Under the pieces are notes generated by a model. It ran no database searches, was not told the DNA's origin, and saw nothing but the letters and a program-made list of their open reading frames with translations. This document shows positions 50,941 through 61,690 of a DNA stretch of 64,000 nucleotides, piece by piece. Position numbers and translations under genes: made by a program. Position 1 is the stretch's first letter. Each line of letters begins with the position of its first letter. The DNA is taken from contig CAWJRG010000006.1 of the NCBI GenBank assembly GCA_963845185.1, positions 83,388-147,387 of the forward strand, written 5' to 3'. The DNA comes from an uncultured bacterium (lineage in GTDB: Bacteria; Oederibacteriota; PGYV01; CAWJRG01).

Positions 50941-52567
50941 CAGACTGTGTCATAATGTTTTTGTAGTCTGAAACGATATTTGACAGATAAAAAATGGTAT
51001 AATGTCTCCAGAAAACACATCAGAAAAGGAGACAAAAATGGCATACCGATATGGAGACCGAAGTCAGTTGACAATGTTTCCGCAGAGCATAGAAGAATAT
51101 GTAGGGGAAGATGATCCTGTAAGGGCGTACGACGCGTTCGTAAAGGCGTTGAAAATGGAAGAACTTGGGATAGTAATAGATGAAACGCAAATGGGAAATT
51201 CGGAATATGACCCTGAGGCTATGATAAAATTGCTGGTATACGGATATTCATACGGGACACGAAGTTCGAGAAAACTGGAAAGAGCGACGCATCATAATGT
51301 GTCTTTTATGTGGCTGCTGGGAGGATTGAAGCCGGATCATAAAACAATAGCAAGGTTTCGAAAAGACAACCGGGAAATGTTGAAAAACGTGATGAAACAA
51401 AGCGCAAAGATGTGTATGAAACTGGGATTGATAGAAGGAAACACGCTATTTGTAGACGGGAGCAAGATAAGGGCGAACGCGTCGATAAATAACACATGGA
51501 CAATGGAGCGGTGTGAAAAAAGGATAAAGAAGATAGAAGAAAACATAGAAGCGATAATAAAGGAGAGCGAAAAGATAGACGAGGAAGAAAGCGGCGCTGA
51601 ATCACTGGTAAAGATGAAGGAAAAATTAAGAGGCAAAGAGAAATTAAAAGCAAAGATAAAAGAGGTAATGGAAGAAATAAGGAACGAGGGGAAAAAGTCG
51701 ATAAATACGACAGACAAGGAATGCGTGAAAGTAAAAGGGCGTCAGGGAACGCATGCGGGATATAACGGGCAGATAGTGGTAGATGAAAGACACGGACTGA
51801 TAGTGCATAGCGACGTAGTAAACGAAAGCAATGACCGCAAGCAATTCGGGAGTCAGATTGAAGAAGCGGCGAAAACAGTTGAAAACAAATGCAAAAATGC
51901 GGGGATGCCGGATATGCCAGCATAGAAGAAATGAAAAAGATACACGACAAAGACATAAATGTAATAGTACCTTCTCAGGAACAGGTAGAGAAAAAAGACA
52001 TCGGGCCGTTTGGGAAAGATAAATTCCAATACGATTCAGAGAAAGATACCTACACTTGTCCCGAAGGACAGATATTGACATGGCATAGTTTTGATAAAAA
52101 AAAGAATCTTGAAGTATATAGGTCTACTGAAGAAAAGGCTTGTATAGAATGTAAAAACTTTGGAGTATGCACCCGGTCTCCGAAGGGCAGAATGATAAAG
52201 AGGCTAAAAAACGAAGAACTAAAAATATTGCTTGAAGAAAAATATAAAACAAAAGAATCGCAGGATATTTTCAAGTTGAGAAAAGAGAAAGCAGAGTTGC
52301 CGTTCGGACATATTAAAAGAAATCTTGGAGTAAGCGGGTTTCTGCTGCGAGGGCTTGAAGGAGCAAGAGCTGAGATGGCGTTGTTCACAAGTTGTTTCAA
52401 TATGGCTCGAATGATAAGCATTGTAGGTGTCAGGGAGTTGATTGCGCAGCTTGGATAGCAAGAAACATCGGGCCACGCAGGTTTTTTGTATAAAACAGGA
52501 TATTTTGTAGATTTTTTTAATTTACCTACGGCAATCAGCTGTGGACGGAGACTTATGACACAGTCTG
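50941..52567 (+). mobile_element. IS1182-family insertion sequence
   Basis: Perfect 15-bp TIRs CAGACTGTGTCATAA / TTATGACACAGTCTG around a transposase. Confidence 0.88.
51038..52458 (+). CDS. IS1182-family DDE transposase, frameshift near 51900
   Basis: YGYSYGTRSSRKLE, PDHKTIARFR, DGSKIRANAS, GYNGQ; then DAGY, CPEG, AELPFGHIK in the next frame. Confidence 0.88.
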
Positions 52568-52688
52568 AAAACCGGCGGTAATTCAATTAAGAGTTATCAA
52601 TTTTCAAATGATTTTGAATTTTGGAATTTGGATTTTGGAATGAAATACCAAATACCAAATGACGAATTACCGACATCCGAGGTGTAAA

Positions 52689-53756
52689 TTGCAATACTTG
52701 ATTATCGGGGCAGGCGCTTTCATATTATCGGTTGCGTTTATGCCTGTATTTATGAAGATAGCGCATCGTTTTGCCATCCTTGACAGGCCGACAACGCATT
52801 TAAAAAAACATGAAAGGCCGATACCTTATCTTGGCGGGGTGGCGATTTACCTGGCGTTTTTAATAACTGTGGGCACGGCGAAGATACTAATGCACCAAAC
52901 ATTCCACGGCATCATAGGCATAATACTGGGCGCTACGATAATTGTCCTGATGGGAATAATTGACGATGTAAAAAATTTGCCGCCTTACCCGAAATTAATC
53001 ATACAACTCATAACAGCCGCTATTATTATCGGGGTGAATATACATATAAATTTTATGGAAAACAATATTGTCAATATAATACTTACGGTTATCTGGGTTG
53101 TGGGCATAACAAATGCCATGAATATAATCGATATAATGGACGGGCTTGCAGGAGGAGTGGCAGCCATAGCGGCGCTCGCATTTTTTGTGGTCGCGACACT
53201 TGCCGGCAGGGTCAATGATATGATACCGGCAATAGCGCTTTTCGGCGCGGTGGGAGGATACCTTATTTACAACAAGCCGCCGGCCAAGATATACATGGGC
53301 GACGCAGGCTCGCTGTTTTTGGGATTCATGCTTGCGACACTTGCACTGAATGAGAGTTATTCCAAGATCAATTTTATAGCCGTGTTGTCACCCATACTTA
53401 TACTCGGAGTGCCTATTTTCGATACCACGCTTGTGACTTTTATAAGGATAAGAAAAGGCATAATGCCGCTTTATGGCTCAAATGACCACCTTGCACAAAG
53501 AATCGTGATGCTTGGATTTACGAAAACGCAGGCTGTATTGATTTTATTATTTATTTCCTTGCTGCTTTCGCTGCTTGCGGTATGGAGCACGTTCCTGAAT
53601 TTTTCAGGAGCTCTTTTATTGTACCTCGGTTCGGGTTTTACAGCTGTATTCGCAGGCATGGCAGTTGCGGGAGTTGATATGAGCGATTATCATAATATTT
53701 TAAAGAAACGCCAAAAAGCTGAAATATCCAGCATTATTTCACCGTCAAAGAAATAA
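52689..53756 (+). CDS. WecA/MraY-family undecaprenyl-phosphate sugar-1-phosphate transferase
   Basis: PYLGG, GIIDD, NAMNIIDIMDGLA, YMGDAGS; GAGGTG RBS before TTG 52689. Confidence 0.9.
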   Translation: MQYLIIGAGAFILSVAFMPVFMKIAHRFAILDRPTTHLKKHERPIPYLGGVAIYLAFLITVGTAKILMHQTFHGIIGIILGATIIVLMGIIDDVKNLPPYPKLIIQLITAAIIIGVNIHINFMENNIVNIILTVIWVVGITNAMNIIDIMDGLAGGVAAIAALAFFVVATLAGRVNDMIPAIALFGAVGGYLIYNKPPAKIYMGDAGSLFLGFMLATLALNESYSKINFIAVLSPILILGVPIFDTTLVTFIRIRKGIMPLYGSNDHLAQRIVMLGFTKTQAVLILLFISLLLSLLAVWSTFLNFSGALLLYLGSGFTAVFAGMAVAGVDMSDYHNILKKRQKAEISSIISPSKK

Positions 53757-53763
53757 AATTCAC

Positions 53764-55059
53764 ATGAAAACCGTTATAATAGGCGCAGGACTTGCGGGGC
53801 TCACTGCGGGTATAAAACTGCGGGAAAAGGGCGGGGATTATATAATCCTTGAAAAAACAGGCAGGCCCGGCGGCATGGCAAGAACAGAAATTATAAACGG
53901 TTTTACTTTTGACTATACGGGTCATTTCCTGCATTTGAGAAATCCGCAAATAGAAAAGTTCATTTTTTCTTTTATGAAAATGAAACTGAATAAAATAAAA
54001 AGGGAAGCGTATATTTTTAGCAACGGAGTTTATTCGGATTATCCTTACCAGGTTAATAATTACGGCCTGCCTATAGAAATAATCGAGGAAAACCTCACGG
54101 GTTTTTTGCACGCGTATTTTAAAACGAAAAATCAGACGGAAAATTTCAAGGAATGGGCGCTGCAGACTTTCGGAACAGGGATTGCGAAGAATTTTTTATT
54201 TCCTTACAACAAAAAGTTATGGCATTATCCGCTCCAGAAACTTACCACAAAATGGATGGGCCGCTTTGTGCCCACACCTACGATAGAAGAGATTATGACC
54301 GGTATATTGCCGAAAGGCAGGACTGATGTCGGTTACAACGCATACTTTTACTATCCGGAATACGGGGGAATTGAATCAGTTGTAAAAGCACTATATGAAA
54401 ATGTAAAGGATAAAACAATCCTAAATGCCGAAACAGTAGAAGTGGATGTTGAGAATAAAACTGTCCATTTTAATAAAGAAAGCGTCAAATATGATACGCT
54501 ATTGACAACAATGCCGCTAAATATGTTCTTAAGCATAATAAAGGGAGATAACAGCTTGAAAAAATACAGCAGTAAACTGCTTGCAACTTCGGTTTATTGC
54601 CTTAATATAGGTTTCAAATCAGAAGAAAAAATTAACAGGCACTGGATATATGTGCCGGGAGAAGAATATATTTTTTACCGGGTAGGCTTCCCGTCTGCAA
54701 TATGCAGCTCAAATGCACCCCGGGGAATGCAATCTGTTTTTGCCGAAGTTTCTTTTAACGCTAATATACCTGCGAGTATAGACAATGCAATAATATCAGG
54801 ACTAATTGGAATAGGAATAATAAAAAATAAAAACGATGTTTTCCTTAAGTACTCTATGATATTGCCGGACGCTTATGTTATATATAATAAGGAAAGAGAA
54901 AGAACCCTGCCTGTTATAAAGGAAAAACTGAAAGGTTACGGCATACTGACTGCGGGCAGGTGGGGAAACTGGGAATATACAAGCATGGAAGACGCTATAA
55001 TAGAAGGAATGGAAGCTGCTGAAGAATGTTTTAAACTGAACATTCAAGGCAAAAGTTAA
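53764..55059 (+). CDS. FAD-dependent oxidoreductase (protoporphyrinogen oxidase/UDP-galactopyranose mutase-like)
   Basis: GAGLAGL, GFTFDYTGH, PYNKKLW, FYYP..GG, GRWGNWEY; located in a glycan operon. Confidence 0.8.
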   Translation: MKTVIIGAGLAGLTAGIKLREKGGDYIILEKTGRPGGMARTEIINGFTFDYTGHFLHLRNPQIEKFIFSFMKMKLNKIKREAYIFSNGVYSDYPYQVNNYGLPIEIIEENLTGFLHAYFKTKNQTENFKEWALQTFGTGIAKNFLFPYNKKLWHYPLQKLTTKWMGRFVPTPTIEEIMTGILPKGRTDVGYNAYFYYPEYGGIESVVKALYENVKDKTILNAETVEVDVENKTVHFNKESVKYDTLLTTMPLNMFLSIIKGDNSLKKYSSKLLATSVYCLNIGFKSEEKINRHWIYVPGEEYIFYRVGFPSAICSSNAPRGMQSVFAEVSFNANIPASIDNAIISGLIGIGIIKNKNDVFLKYSMILPDAYVIYNKERERTLPVIKEKLKGYGILTAGRWGNWEYTSMEDAIIEGMEAAEECFKLNIQGKS

Positions 55060-55082
55060 AACCGATATTAAGGTGTAAAAGA

Positions 55083-56219
55083 ATGAAGAAAAATATAGCC
55101 ATAGTTATCACACGATTGGACATGGGTGGCGCGCAGAAGGTAGCGCTTTATATAGCCGAAAATCTGGACAAAAGCAAATACAATGTTTATTTCATAACAG
55201 GCACGGGCGGGTATCTTGATGATTACGCGAAGCAAATAAAAGGCATTGAACTTCTATTTATGAAGGAATTAAAGCACCCAATAAGCCCGCTTAATGATAT
55301 GGCAGCGTTTTTCAAACTTAAAGGCTATTTTATCAAGAATAAAATTGACATAGTACACACGCATTCGTCAAAAGCCGGCATACTTGGAAGGTTGGCCGCA
55401 AAGACGGCGGGAATTAAGAAAATAATACACACGATTCACGGTTTTTCTTTTCACGAATACCAAAATATTTTTACACATTTTCTGTATCTTACCCTTGAGA
55501 AAATTACGGGCGGAATAACCGACAAACTCGTTGCTGTCGGCAATGACGTTGTTGAATACGGATTAAGAAAAGGCGTGGCTGATAAAAGCAAATATGCCGT
55601 GATAAGGGCTGGTATTGACATTAATAAAACGCAAAATGCGGCGCGCAGTACGCGGAGTTATTTGGGAAATTACGGTCTTAAGCAGGGAATATACACTGTG
55701 GGTATGATAGGAAATTTAAAAAAACAAAAAAATCCCGAAGCATTTGTGAAAATAGCCAAACAAGTCCTTAATCTGGACAAAAATTTTCAGTTTGCCTTTG
55801 CAGGCGATGGCCCGTTGAAAGAAAAAGTTTGCGCAATGGTGAAACAATACGGCATAGAGGATAAAACTAAATTTACAGGATGGATAGAAGAACCGGAAAA
55901 GTTTTTAAAAGCAGTTGACATATTTTTGCTTACTTCTTTATGGGAGGGTTTGCCATGCACGATACCACAGGCAATAGCGGCGGGAAAACCGTGTGTAGTG
56001 AGCAACATCGCCGGCAATAGGGAATTGATAAGAGACGGGAAAACCGGTTTTTTATACGAGCCATTTGACTATAAAGAAGCCGCTGAAAAAATAATATCCT
56101 TAAAAAATAACCCGAAAGAATCCAAAAAAATAGCAAAAGCGGCTTTTGCCGAGATTAAAACCGAATATGACCTTAAATATATGTTGAAACAATATGAAAT
56201 TATTTATAAAAACTTATAG
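55083..56219 (+). CDS. GT4-family glycosyltransferase
   Basis: GGAQ, HTHSSKAG, KQKN, SLWEGLP. Confidence 0.92.
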   Translation: MKKNIAIVITRLDMGGAQKVALYIAENLDKSKYNVYFITGTGGYLDDYAKQIKGIELLFMKELKHPISPLNDMAAFFKLKGYFIKNKIDIVHTHSSKAGILGRLAAKTAGIKKIIHTIHGFSFHEYQNIFTHFLYLTLEKITGGITDKLVAVGNDVVEYGLRKGVADKSKYAVIRAGIDINKTQNAARSTRSYLGNYGLKQGIYTVGMIGNLKKQKNPEAFVKIAKQVLNLDKNFQFAFAGDGPLKEKVCAMVKQYGIEDKTKFTGWIEEPEKFLKAVDIFLLTSLWEGLPCTIPQAIAAGKPCVVSNIAGNRELIRDGKTGFLYEPFDYKEAAEKIISLKNNPKESKKIAKAAFAEIKTEYDLKYMLKQYEIIYKNL

Positions 56220-56290
56220 ATCAGTTTAAAGATGAAAACAGTCTAGATACAGGATAAAACAGAAAAAACCGGCGGACAGGAAGTTATTTA

Positions 56291-56319
56291 TTGACCAAAT
56301 TTCGGCATTAGCATATAAT
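56291..56319 (+). promoter_or_regulatory. Sigma70-like promoter
   Basis: TTGACC-17 nt-TATAAT. Confidence 0.65.
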
Positions 56320-56359
56320 AATACAGTAATTTCGCAATGGATTGTTACAGGAGGAAAAA

Positions 56360-57451
56360 ATGAAAGTTTTTTTAAAAACCATTTCAATCCTTTTATTAGG
56401 CAGCACATTAATTTTTGCTGCGGATAAAGATTCAAAAAATACAAATAAAACACAAGGCGATGCGGTAAATCAGGGACAACCGGCTGATACTATTATTACA
56501 CCGCACATGGGAGATAATATAAAAGCAGGCAGGAACATAGTATATTGTATGAGTTTTCAACTTGCATGGGACGCATTAAAAAATGATTTAATAAAAGAAG
56601 ATATACGCATGGAGAATGAGCCGCTTTTGGTAAGATTTTTAAATAAAAGCGTATCATCTAAAAACGATGTAGACAAATCAAGCTATATCGCTATGGCCGG
56701 TTTTGGAAAAGATAAAATAATTGAAAAAATACGAAAAACGTTTAAGGCAAAGTTTGAAAACAGCGCTCCTGCACTAGACACTAAAATAAAACCTAACGAT
56801 ATAATCGTTTATGCATACCTTTATAAAAACTTGAAGTTCGCCAAGAAGTTCGAGAAAATAGAAGATGGTATAAATTTTAATAATAGCAACCGACCTGTCG
56901 GGGCATTTGGCATAAAAAAATATTCCACGGCCAAAAAAGGATTGGTAAGCCAAATCGATATTCTGTATTATAAAAACGACGATAATTTTATTATCCGTCT
57001 GAAACCAAAATCAACCGGGGATGAAATAATACTTGCTAAAGTCAAGCCGGGGAATACATTTTTTAATACAATTGAAAACGTTAAAACAAAAATTTCCTCA
57101 GTAAAACCATCGGGGCTTGAAAACGGGGATTCGTTAAAAATTCCTAAATTTAATTTTGACATAGGGCATGAATACAAAGAACTTATGAACAAGCAACTAA
57201 AGTTAAAAAAAATTGATTTTAATGGATATATTATTGCGGAAGCAATACAGCAAATAAAATTTAAATTGAATGAAAAGGGAGCAGTCTTAAAATCGGCAGC
57301 TAAAGTATTGATGATGGAAACTGCCTTGCAAGAGCCTAAAGCAAGAAATTTTATTTTTGATAAACCATTTTTAATTTATTTGAAAGAAAAAAAGAGCAAT
57401 TATCCTTATTTTGCCATGTGGGTAGAAAACGACGAACTGATGGAAAAGTGA
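56360..57451 (+). CDS. Secreted protein with a divergent serpin-like C-terminus
   Basis: Signal peptide; LKIPKF, IKFKLNEKGAVLKSAA, FIFDKPFLIYL...YFAMWV. Confidence 0.55.
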   Translation: MKVFLKTISILLLGSTLIFAADKDSKNTNKTQGDAVNQGQPADTIITPHMGDNIKAGRNIVYCMSFQLAWDALKNDLIKEDIRMENEPLLVRFLNKSVSSKNDVDKSSYIAMAGFGKDKIIEKIRKTFKAKFENSAPALDTKIKPNDIIVYAYLYKNLKFAKKFEKIEDGINFNNSNRPVGAFGIKKYSTAKKGLVSQIDILYYKNDDNFIIRLKPKSTGDEIILAKVKPGNTFFNTIENVKTKISSVKPSGLENGDSLKIPKFNFDIGHEYKELMNKQLKLKKIDFNGYIIAEAIQQIKFKLNEKGAVLKSAAKVLMMETALQEPKARNFIFDKPFLIYLKEKKSNYPYFAMWVENDELMEK

Positions 57452-57562
57452 AAGTAGCCAGTAAATGGGGAAATATTTAATAAAAAAACAGGGGGATACA
57501 TTCACTTTTTAAAATAACACAGTATTATTTGCAGTTCCTGGAACAAAATATAAGGGAGTAAG

Positions 57563-58231
57563 ATGGAATATACTATTGTCATAAAAAAATTAAAGGATAT
57601 GGGGACTAAAGAAAACATTGCCGGAATGAAGCGATTTAAAATAGTCACTAACAATGCTTTCGGGGTGTCAATTCCCAAAATAAGAGGCTTCGCCAAAGAA
57701 ATAGGAAAAGACCATGAATTGGCTTTGAAACTTTTTGATTCTGGCAATATCGATGCCAGAATACTTGCCAGTATAATAGGAGATCCGAATAAAGCGACAG
57801 ATGCTCAACTTGAAAAATGGGTAATGGCATTTGATTCATGGGCTGTATGTGACCAAGTTTGCGATAATTTTATATCGCGCACTAAATATGTTTATAAAAA
57901 AATAAATGATTGGAGCAAAAGAGAGGAAGAATTTATAAAAAGAGCTGCCTTTTCTTTGATAGCAATAGCAGCTGTTCACGATAAAAAAGCTAAAAACAGC
58001 AGGTTTGTTAATTTACTTAAAATTGTTAAAAGGGAAGTAAATGACGACAGAAATTTTGTACGAAAAGCCGTTAACTGGGCGTTGCGCAATATCGGTAAAA
58101 GAAACAGATTTTTAAATAATGCGGCTATCAAATGCAGCATGCAAATTAGTAAAATAGATTCAAAATCTGCAAGATGGATAGCAAGTGATGCTTTAAGGGA
58201 GCTGAAAAAAAAAACCTCGAATTTTAAATAG
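57563..58231 (+). CDS. DNA alkylation repair (AlkD-like) protein
   Basis: GVSIPKIR, DSWAVCD, DDRNFVRKAVNWALR. Confidence 0.85.
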   Translation: MEYTIVIKKLKDMGTKENIAGMKRFKIVTNNAFGVSIPKIRGFAKEIGKDHELALKLFDSGNIDARILASIIGDPNKATDAQLEKWVMAFDSWAVCDQVCDNFISRTKYVYKKINDWSKREEEFIKRAAFSLIAIAAVHDKKAKNSRFVNLLKIVKREVNDDRNFVRKAVNWALRNIGKRNRFLNNAAIKCSMQISKIDSKSARWIASDALRELKKKTSNFK

Positions 58232-58242
58232 TGGTGATTGAT

Positions 58243-58707
58243 ATGAAACTGTACCTTGTGCAACATGCGGAAGCAAAAAAGGAAGAAGAGGATCCACAAA
58301 GGCCAATAACTGAAAAAGGTATTATAGAAACAAAAAAAATCGCAGAGTATTTAAAAAAAATTAAGGGTATTGAGGTAGACACAATACTACACAGCGGAAA
58401 ACTGAGAAGCCAGCAGACTGCTGAAATATTTGCTGAAATACTAAAACCAAATGATGGCTGCTGGTCTACAGATGGGCTAACGCCCGACGCTGATCCGCAA
58501 ATATGGTTAAACAATATTCACGATACTCAAGATAATATCATGCTAGTAGGACACCTACCGCATCTTCAAAAATTGGTTTCAACTTTGATTTTACACGATA
58601 CTGAAAAAAAAATAATAAATTTGAAAAATGCAGGAATTATATGTCTTGAAAAGGGATCGGAAGGGAACTGGGCGATTGAATTTATTATTACACCAGAAAT
58701 AATATAA
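58243..58707 (+). CDS. sixA: Phosphohistidine phosphatase SixA
   Basis: LYLVQHAEA, HSGKLRSQQTAE, LVGHLPHL. Confidence 0.85.
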   Translation: MKLYLVQHAEAKKEEEDPQRPITEKGIIETKKIAEYLKKIKGIEVDTILHSGKLRSQQTAEIFAEILKPNDGCWSTDGLTPDADPQIWLNNIHDTQDNIMLVGHLPHLQKLVSTLILHDTEKKIINLKNAGIICLEKGSEGNWAIEFIITPEII

Positions 58708-58896
58708 TTTTAATTGCGTCCATAAATAAGTCTTTTTTTTGATAGAATGTGAATTATATATACTAAATTGCTTTAAAAGATGTTATTAATATATTATCAA
58801 TAAAATTAAACAATTTTGTTAGGTTTTATGTAAGGTTTTTCTTGACTTTAAATAACCCATAATGTATACTTACTTCTGCAGAAGGAGGTAAGTTAA

Positions 58897-59139
58897 ATGA
58901 GAGAAAAAGGCAAATTTAGAAAAGAAAAAAAAATATTAATAAGAGTGAACGAGCAAGAGAAGAAAATAGCAGAAGAAATGGCGCAAAGCGAGGGAAAAAA
59001 TACTTCAGAGTTTTTCAGGGATTTGCTTGATGAACACCGTCAAAAAAAGTTTATGGATGTTCATATGGGAATAGTGGAAAAGTACGAAAACTTGTTTGAA
59101 AAATATGGACAGTTACTGGCAGAATACAAAAAAAAATAG
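58897..59139 (+). CDS. Small ribbon-helix-helix-like DNA-binding protein
   Basis: IRVNEQEK...A...GKNTSEFFR pattern; AGGAGG RBS. Confidence 0.6.
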   Translation: MREKGKFRKEKKILIRVNEQEKKIAEEMAQSEGKNTSEFFRDLLDEHRQKKFMDVHMGIVEKYENLFEKYGQLLAEYKKK

Positions 59140-59369
59140 AAATTTAATTAAATATTTATAAAGACGCCCTTTACTGCAAAATTCGGAGCATGAGGACCAG
59201 GTATTTCGGAGCAAAAGGACCAGTCGTTTCGGCCGAAAAGGACCAGACATTTCGGTCCAAAAGGACCAACTTATCCACTTATTTCAGGATACTATAACGC
59301 AGCCTGAAATCCAAGCATAATCCTCAAAAACTGCCATACTGTGCCATTCTAAAATTAGGAGGCACACAG

Positions 59370-60953
59370 ATGGCACAAAAGAGGTTATGCATGAGAAAAA
59401 GCAAAGAGATTTTGAGGTTGAAGTACGAGTTAGGCAAGACAGAAAGAGAAATACGGGACATATGCGGGCTGAAAAGCAAGACAACGGTCCACAGGTGCCT
59501 TGAAAGAGCCGGGAAGGCGGGTATAACATGGCCGTTGCCCGAAGGCATGACCGAGGACGTGCTGGAGGCACAACTGTTTCCGGCCATACAGCCTTGCAAG
59601 GAATTCAAAAAAATCGCAATAGATTGCGCGCATGTTCACGAACAGATGCAGATGGATAACGTAACCAAAAAACTCATTTGGGAAGAATATGTCGAATCAA
59701 ATCCAAACAACCACTATGGATATACTCAATTCTGCCAATATTACAACAGATGGACAAATAACCTGAATTTCAGCATGAAACAGGTATATAAGGCCGGGGA
59801 AAAAGTATTTGTGGATTTTGGCAGCGGGTTATCCGTAATCGATAAAGAGACCGGCGAGATAATGAAGACGCATGTGTTTGTAGCAGTGCTCGGTGCGTCA
59901 AAATATTCGTATGCGGAAGCGGTATTTAACCAGGACCTGCCGTCATGGATATTGGTAAACAGACATATGCTTGAATTTTTTGGATGCGTACCTCAGGTAA
60001 TAATCCCGGATAATTTGAAGGCGGCAGTAGATAAAGCTGATTGGTATGAGCCGTTTATTAACCGGTCATACGAAGAATTTGCCGGACATTACGGGACAAA
60101 TATATTTCCAACAAGGCCCAGACAGCCCAGGGATAAAGCTCTTGTAGAAAATGGCGTCAGACTGGTCAAGCGGTGGATTCTGGCTAGGCTGCGGAACAGG
60201 ATGTTTTTCAGTCTCGCAGAGTTAAATGCGGCAATACGCGAACTGCTTGAGAAGTTTAACGACAACATAATGAAAAAAGTCGGTAAATCAAGGAGAGAAC
60301 TATTCCTCACGTTGGACAAACCCAATATGAATCCCCTGCCTGAACATCCTTTTGAATATGCGGAATGGAAAAAAGCCAGAGTTGGTTGTGATTACCACAT
60401 ATCTTTTGGGAAGCACATGTATTCCGTGCCGCATTATTTGAAAGGCAGCGAAATAGACATAAGAGCGACAAGTTCAATCGTAGAAGTATATTTAAAGGGC
60501 AACCGGATATGCTCGCACAAAAGAAGTCACAAAGAACATGATTTTACCACGGTAAAAGAGCATATGCCGGAAAGACATCAGGCAGTAGCCGGTATAACCC
60601 CGCAAAGCCTATTGGATTGGGCTGAAAAAACCGGGCCCAATGTCCTAAGAATGGTACAGACTAAACTCGATTCAAAAATGTTTTATGAACAGTCATACAG
60701 GAGCTGCCTTGGAATATTGAACCTTGCCCGTAAGTACGGGAATGAGCGCCTGGATAAGGCGTGTAAACGTGCCTTGCACTTCGGCACTATGTCCTACCCT
60801 AAAGTTTCAAGTATTTTAGAACAAAAACTTGAAGATCAGGAATATGAAAAGTTGTATATAACAAGGCCTCACTTGAACCACGAAAATATCCGCGGCGGTC
60901 AGGAATTTGCAGACAGACTTCTTGAAAAACAAAAAACGGAGGAAATACAATGA
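59370..60953 (+). CDS. istA: IS21 transposase
   Basis: GEKVFVDF, PDNLKAAV, PRDKALVE, YSVP. Confidence 0.93.
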   Translation: MAQKRLCMRKSKEILRLKYELGKTEREIRDICGLKSKTTVHRCLERAGKAGITWPLPEGMTEDVLEAQLFPAIQPCKEFKKIAIDCAHVHEQMQMDNVTKKLIWEEYVESNPNNHYGYTQFCQYYNRWTNNLNFSMKQVYKAGEKVFVDFGSGLSVIDKETGEIMKTHVFVAVLGASKYSYAEAVFNQDLPSWILVNRHMLEFFGCVPQVIIPDNLKAAVDKADWYEPFINRSYEEFAGHYGTNIFPTRPRQPRDKALVENGVRLVKRWILARLRNRMFFSLAELNAAIRELLEKFNDNIMKKVGKSRRELFLTLDKPNMNPLPEHPFEYAEWKKARVGCDYHISFGKHMYSVPHYLKGSEIDIRATSSIVEVYLKGNRICSHKRSHKEHDFTTVKEHMPERHQAVAGITPQSLLDWAEKTGPNVLRMVQTKLDSKMFYEQSYRSCLGILNLARKYGNERLDKACKRALHFGTMSYPKVSSILEQKLEDQEYEKLYITRPHLNHENIRGGQEFADRLLEKQKTEEIQ

Positions 60954-61690
60954 GCATAGAACAGACAATAGACAAGCTTATTGAAATGAAGTTGACAGGT
61001 ATGTCACAGTCCTACAAAGAAAGAAGGATAAAACCGGATCACAAAGACCTCTCGTTTGACGAGTTTTTTGGGCTTGTGGTAGATGACGAGCACATATACA
61101 GAAAAAACAAACGACTTAAAAAACTTTTAAAAAAAGCCAAATTTAAATTCGCTTCTGCCTGCCTTGAAGATATTGATTACAGGCAGCAAAGAGGCATGCT
61201 AAAAACGCAGGTGGTAAATCTTCAAAATCCATCGTGGCTGGAAAATCACCAGAATATTCTCATTACTGGCCCTACAGGCATCGGAAAAACATATCTTGCC
61301 TGCGCGTTTGGTACCTGGGCATGTAGAAATGGCTTTACAGTCTATTATTCCCGCTGGTCAAGGCTTCTCGCTGATATACACGCTTCCCGCAGCGATGAGA
61401 GTTATCTTAAGTATCTTCGAAAACTCGCTAAGATAGATTTGCTTATAATCGATGATTTTGGAATGAATTCTCTTTCCGAGAATAACAGAGATGATTTTTT
61501 TGAAATTATTGAAGAAAGGTACTTGATTGGCTCTACTATTATTACAAGCCAGTTGCCTATCAAAAATTGGCACGAATTCATGGGCGAGGCTACAATCGCA
61601 GACGCAGTAATGGACAGGCTTCTTCAGGTTTCGTATAGATTCGAACTAAAAGGAGCTTCCATGCGGAAACAACAAAAAAACATCGAATAA
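60950..61690 (+). CDS. istB: IS21 helper ATPase
   Basis: GPTGIGKT, LLIIDDFG, TSQ, ADAVMDRL, GASMR. Confidence 0.95.
   Translation: MSIEQTIDKLIEMKLTGMSQSYKERRIKPDHKDLSFDEFFGLVVDDEHIYRKNKRLKKLLKKAKFKFASACLEDIDYRQQRGMLKTQVVNLQNPSWLENHQNILITGPTGIGKTYLACAFGTWACRNGFTVYYSRWSRLLADIHASRSDESYLKYLRKLAKIDLLIIDDFGMNSLSENNRDDFFEIIEERYLIGSTIITSQLPIKNWHEFMGEATIADAVMDRLLQVSYRFELKGASMRKQQKNIE

Larger units (their letters stand above)
59175..61690 (+). mobile_element. IS21-family element (istA-istB); right end not evident
   Basis: TG start at 59175, four 23-bp-period TTCGGNNNNNNAGGACCA repeats, then istA and istB. Confidence 0.85.

Noticed and set aside
50667..51074. 135-aa minus-strand ORF
   Set aside because: Spans REP-like palindromes and the IS end; no protein features
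59182..59270. Regular short repeats resembling a CRISPR array
   Set aside because: Period is only 23 bp with ~5-bp spacers, directly before istA: IS21 terminal repeats; no cas genes
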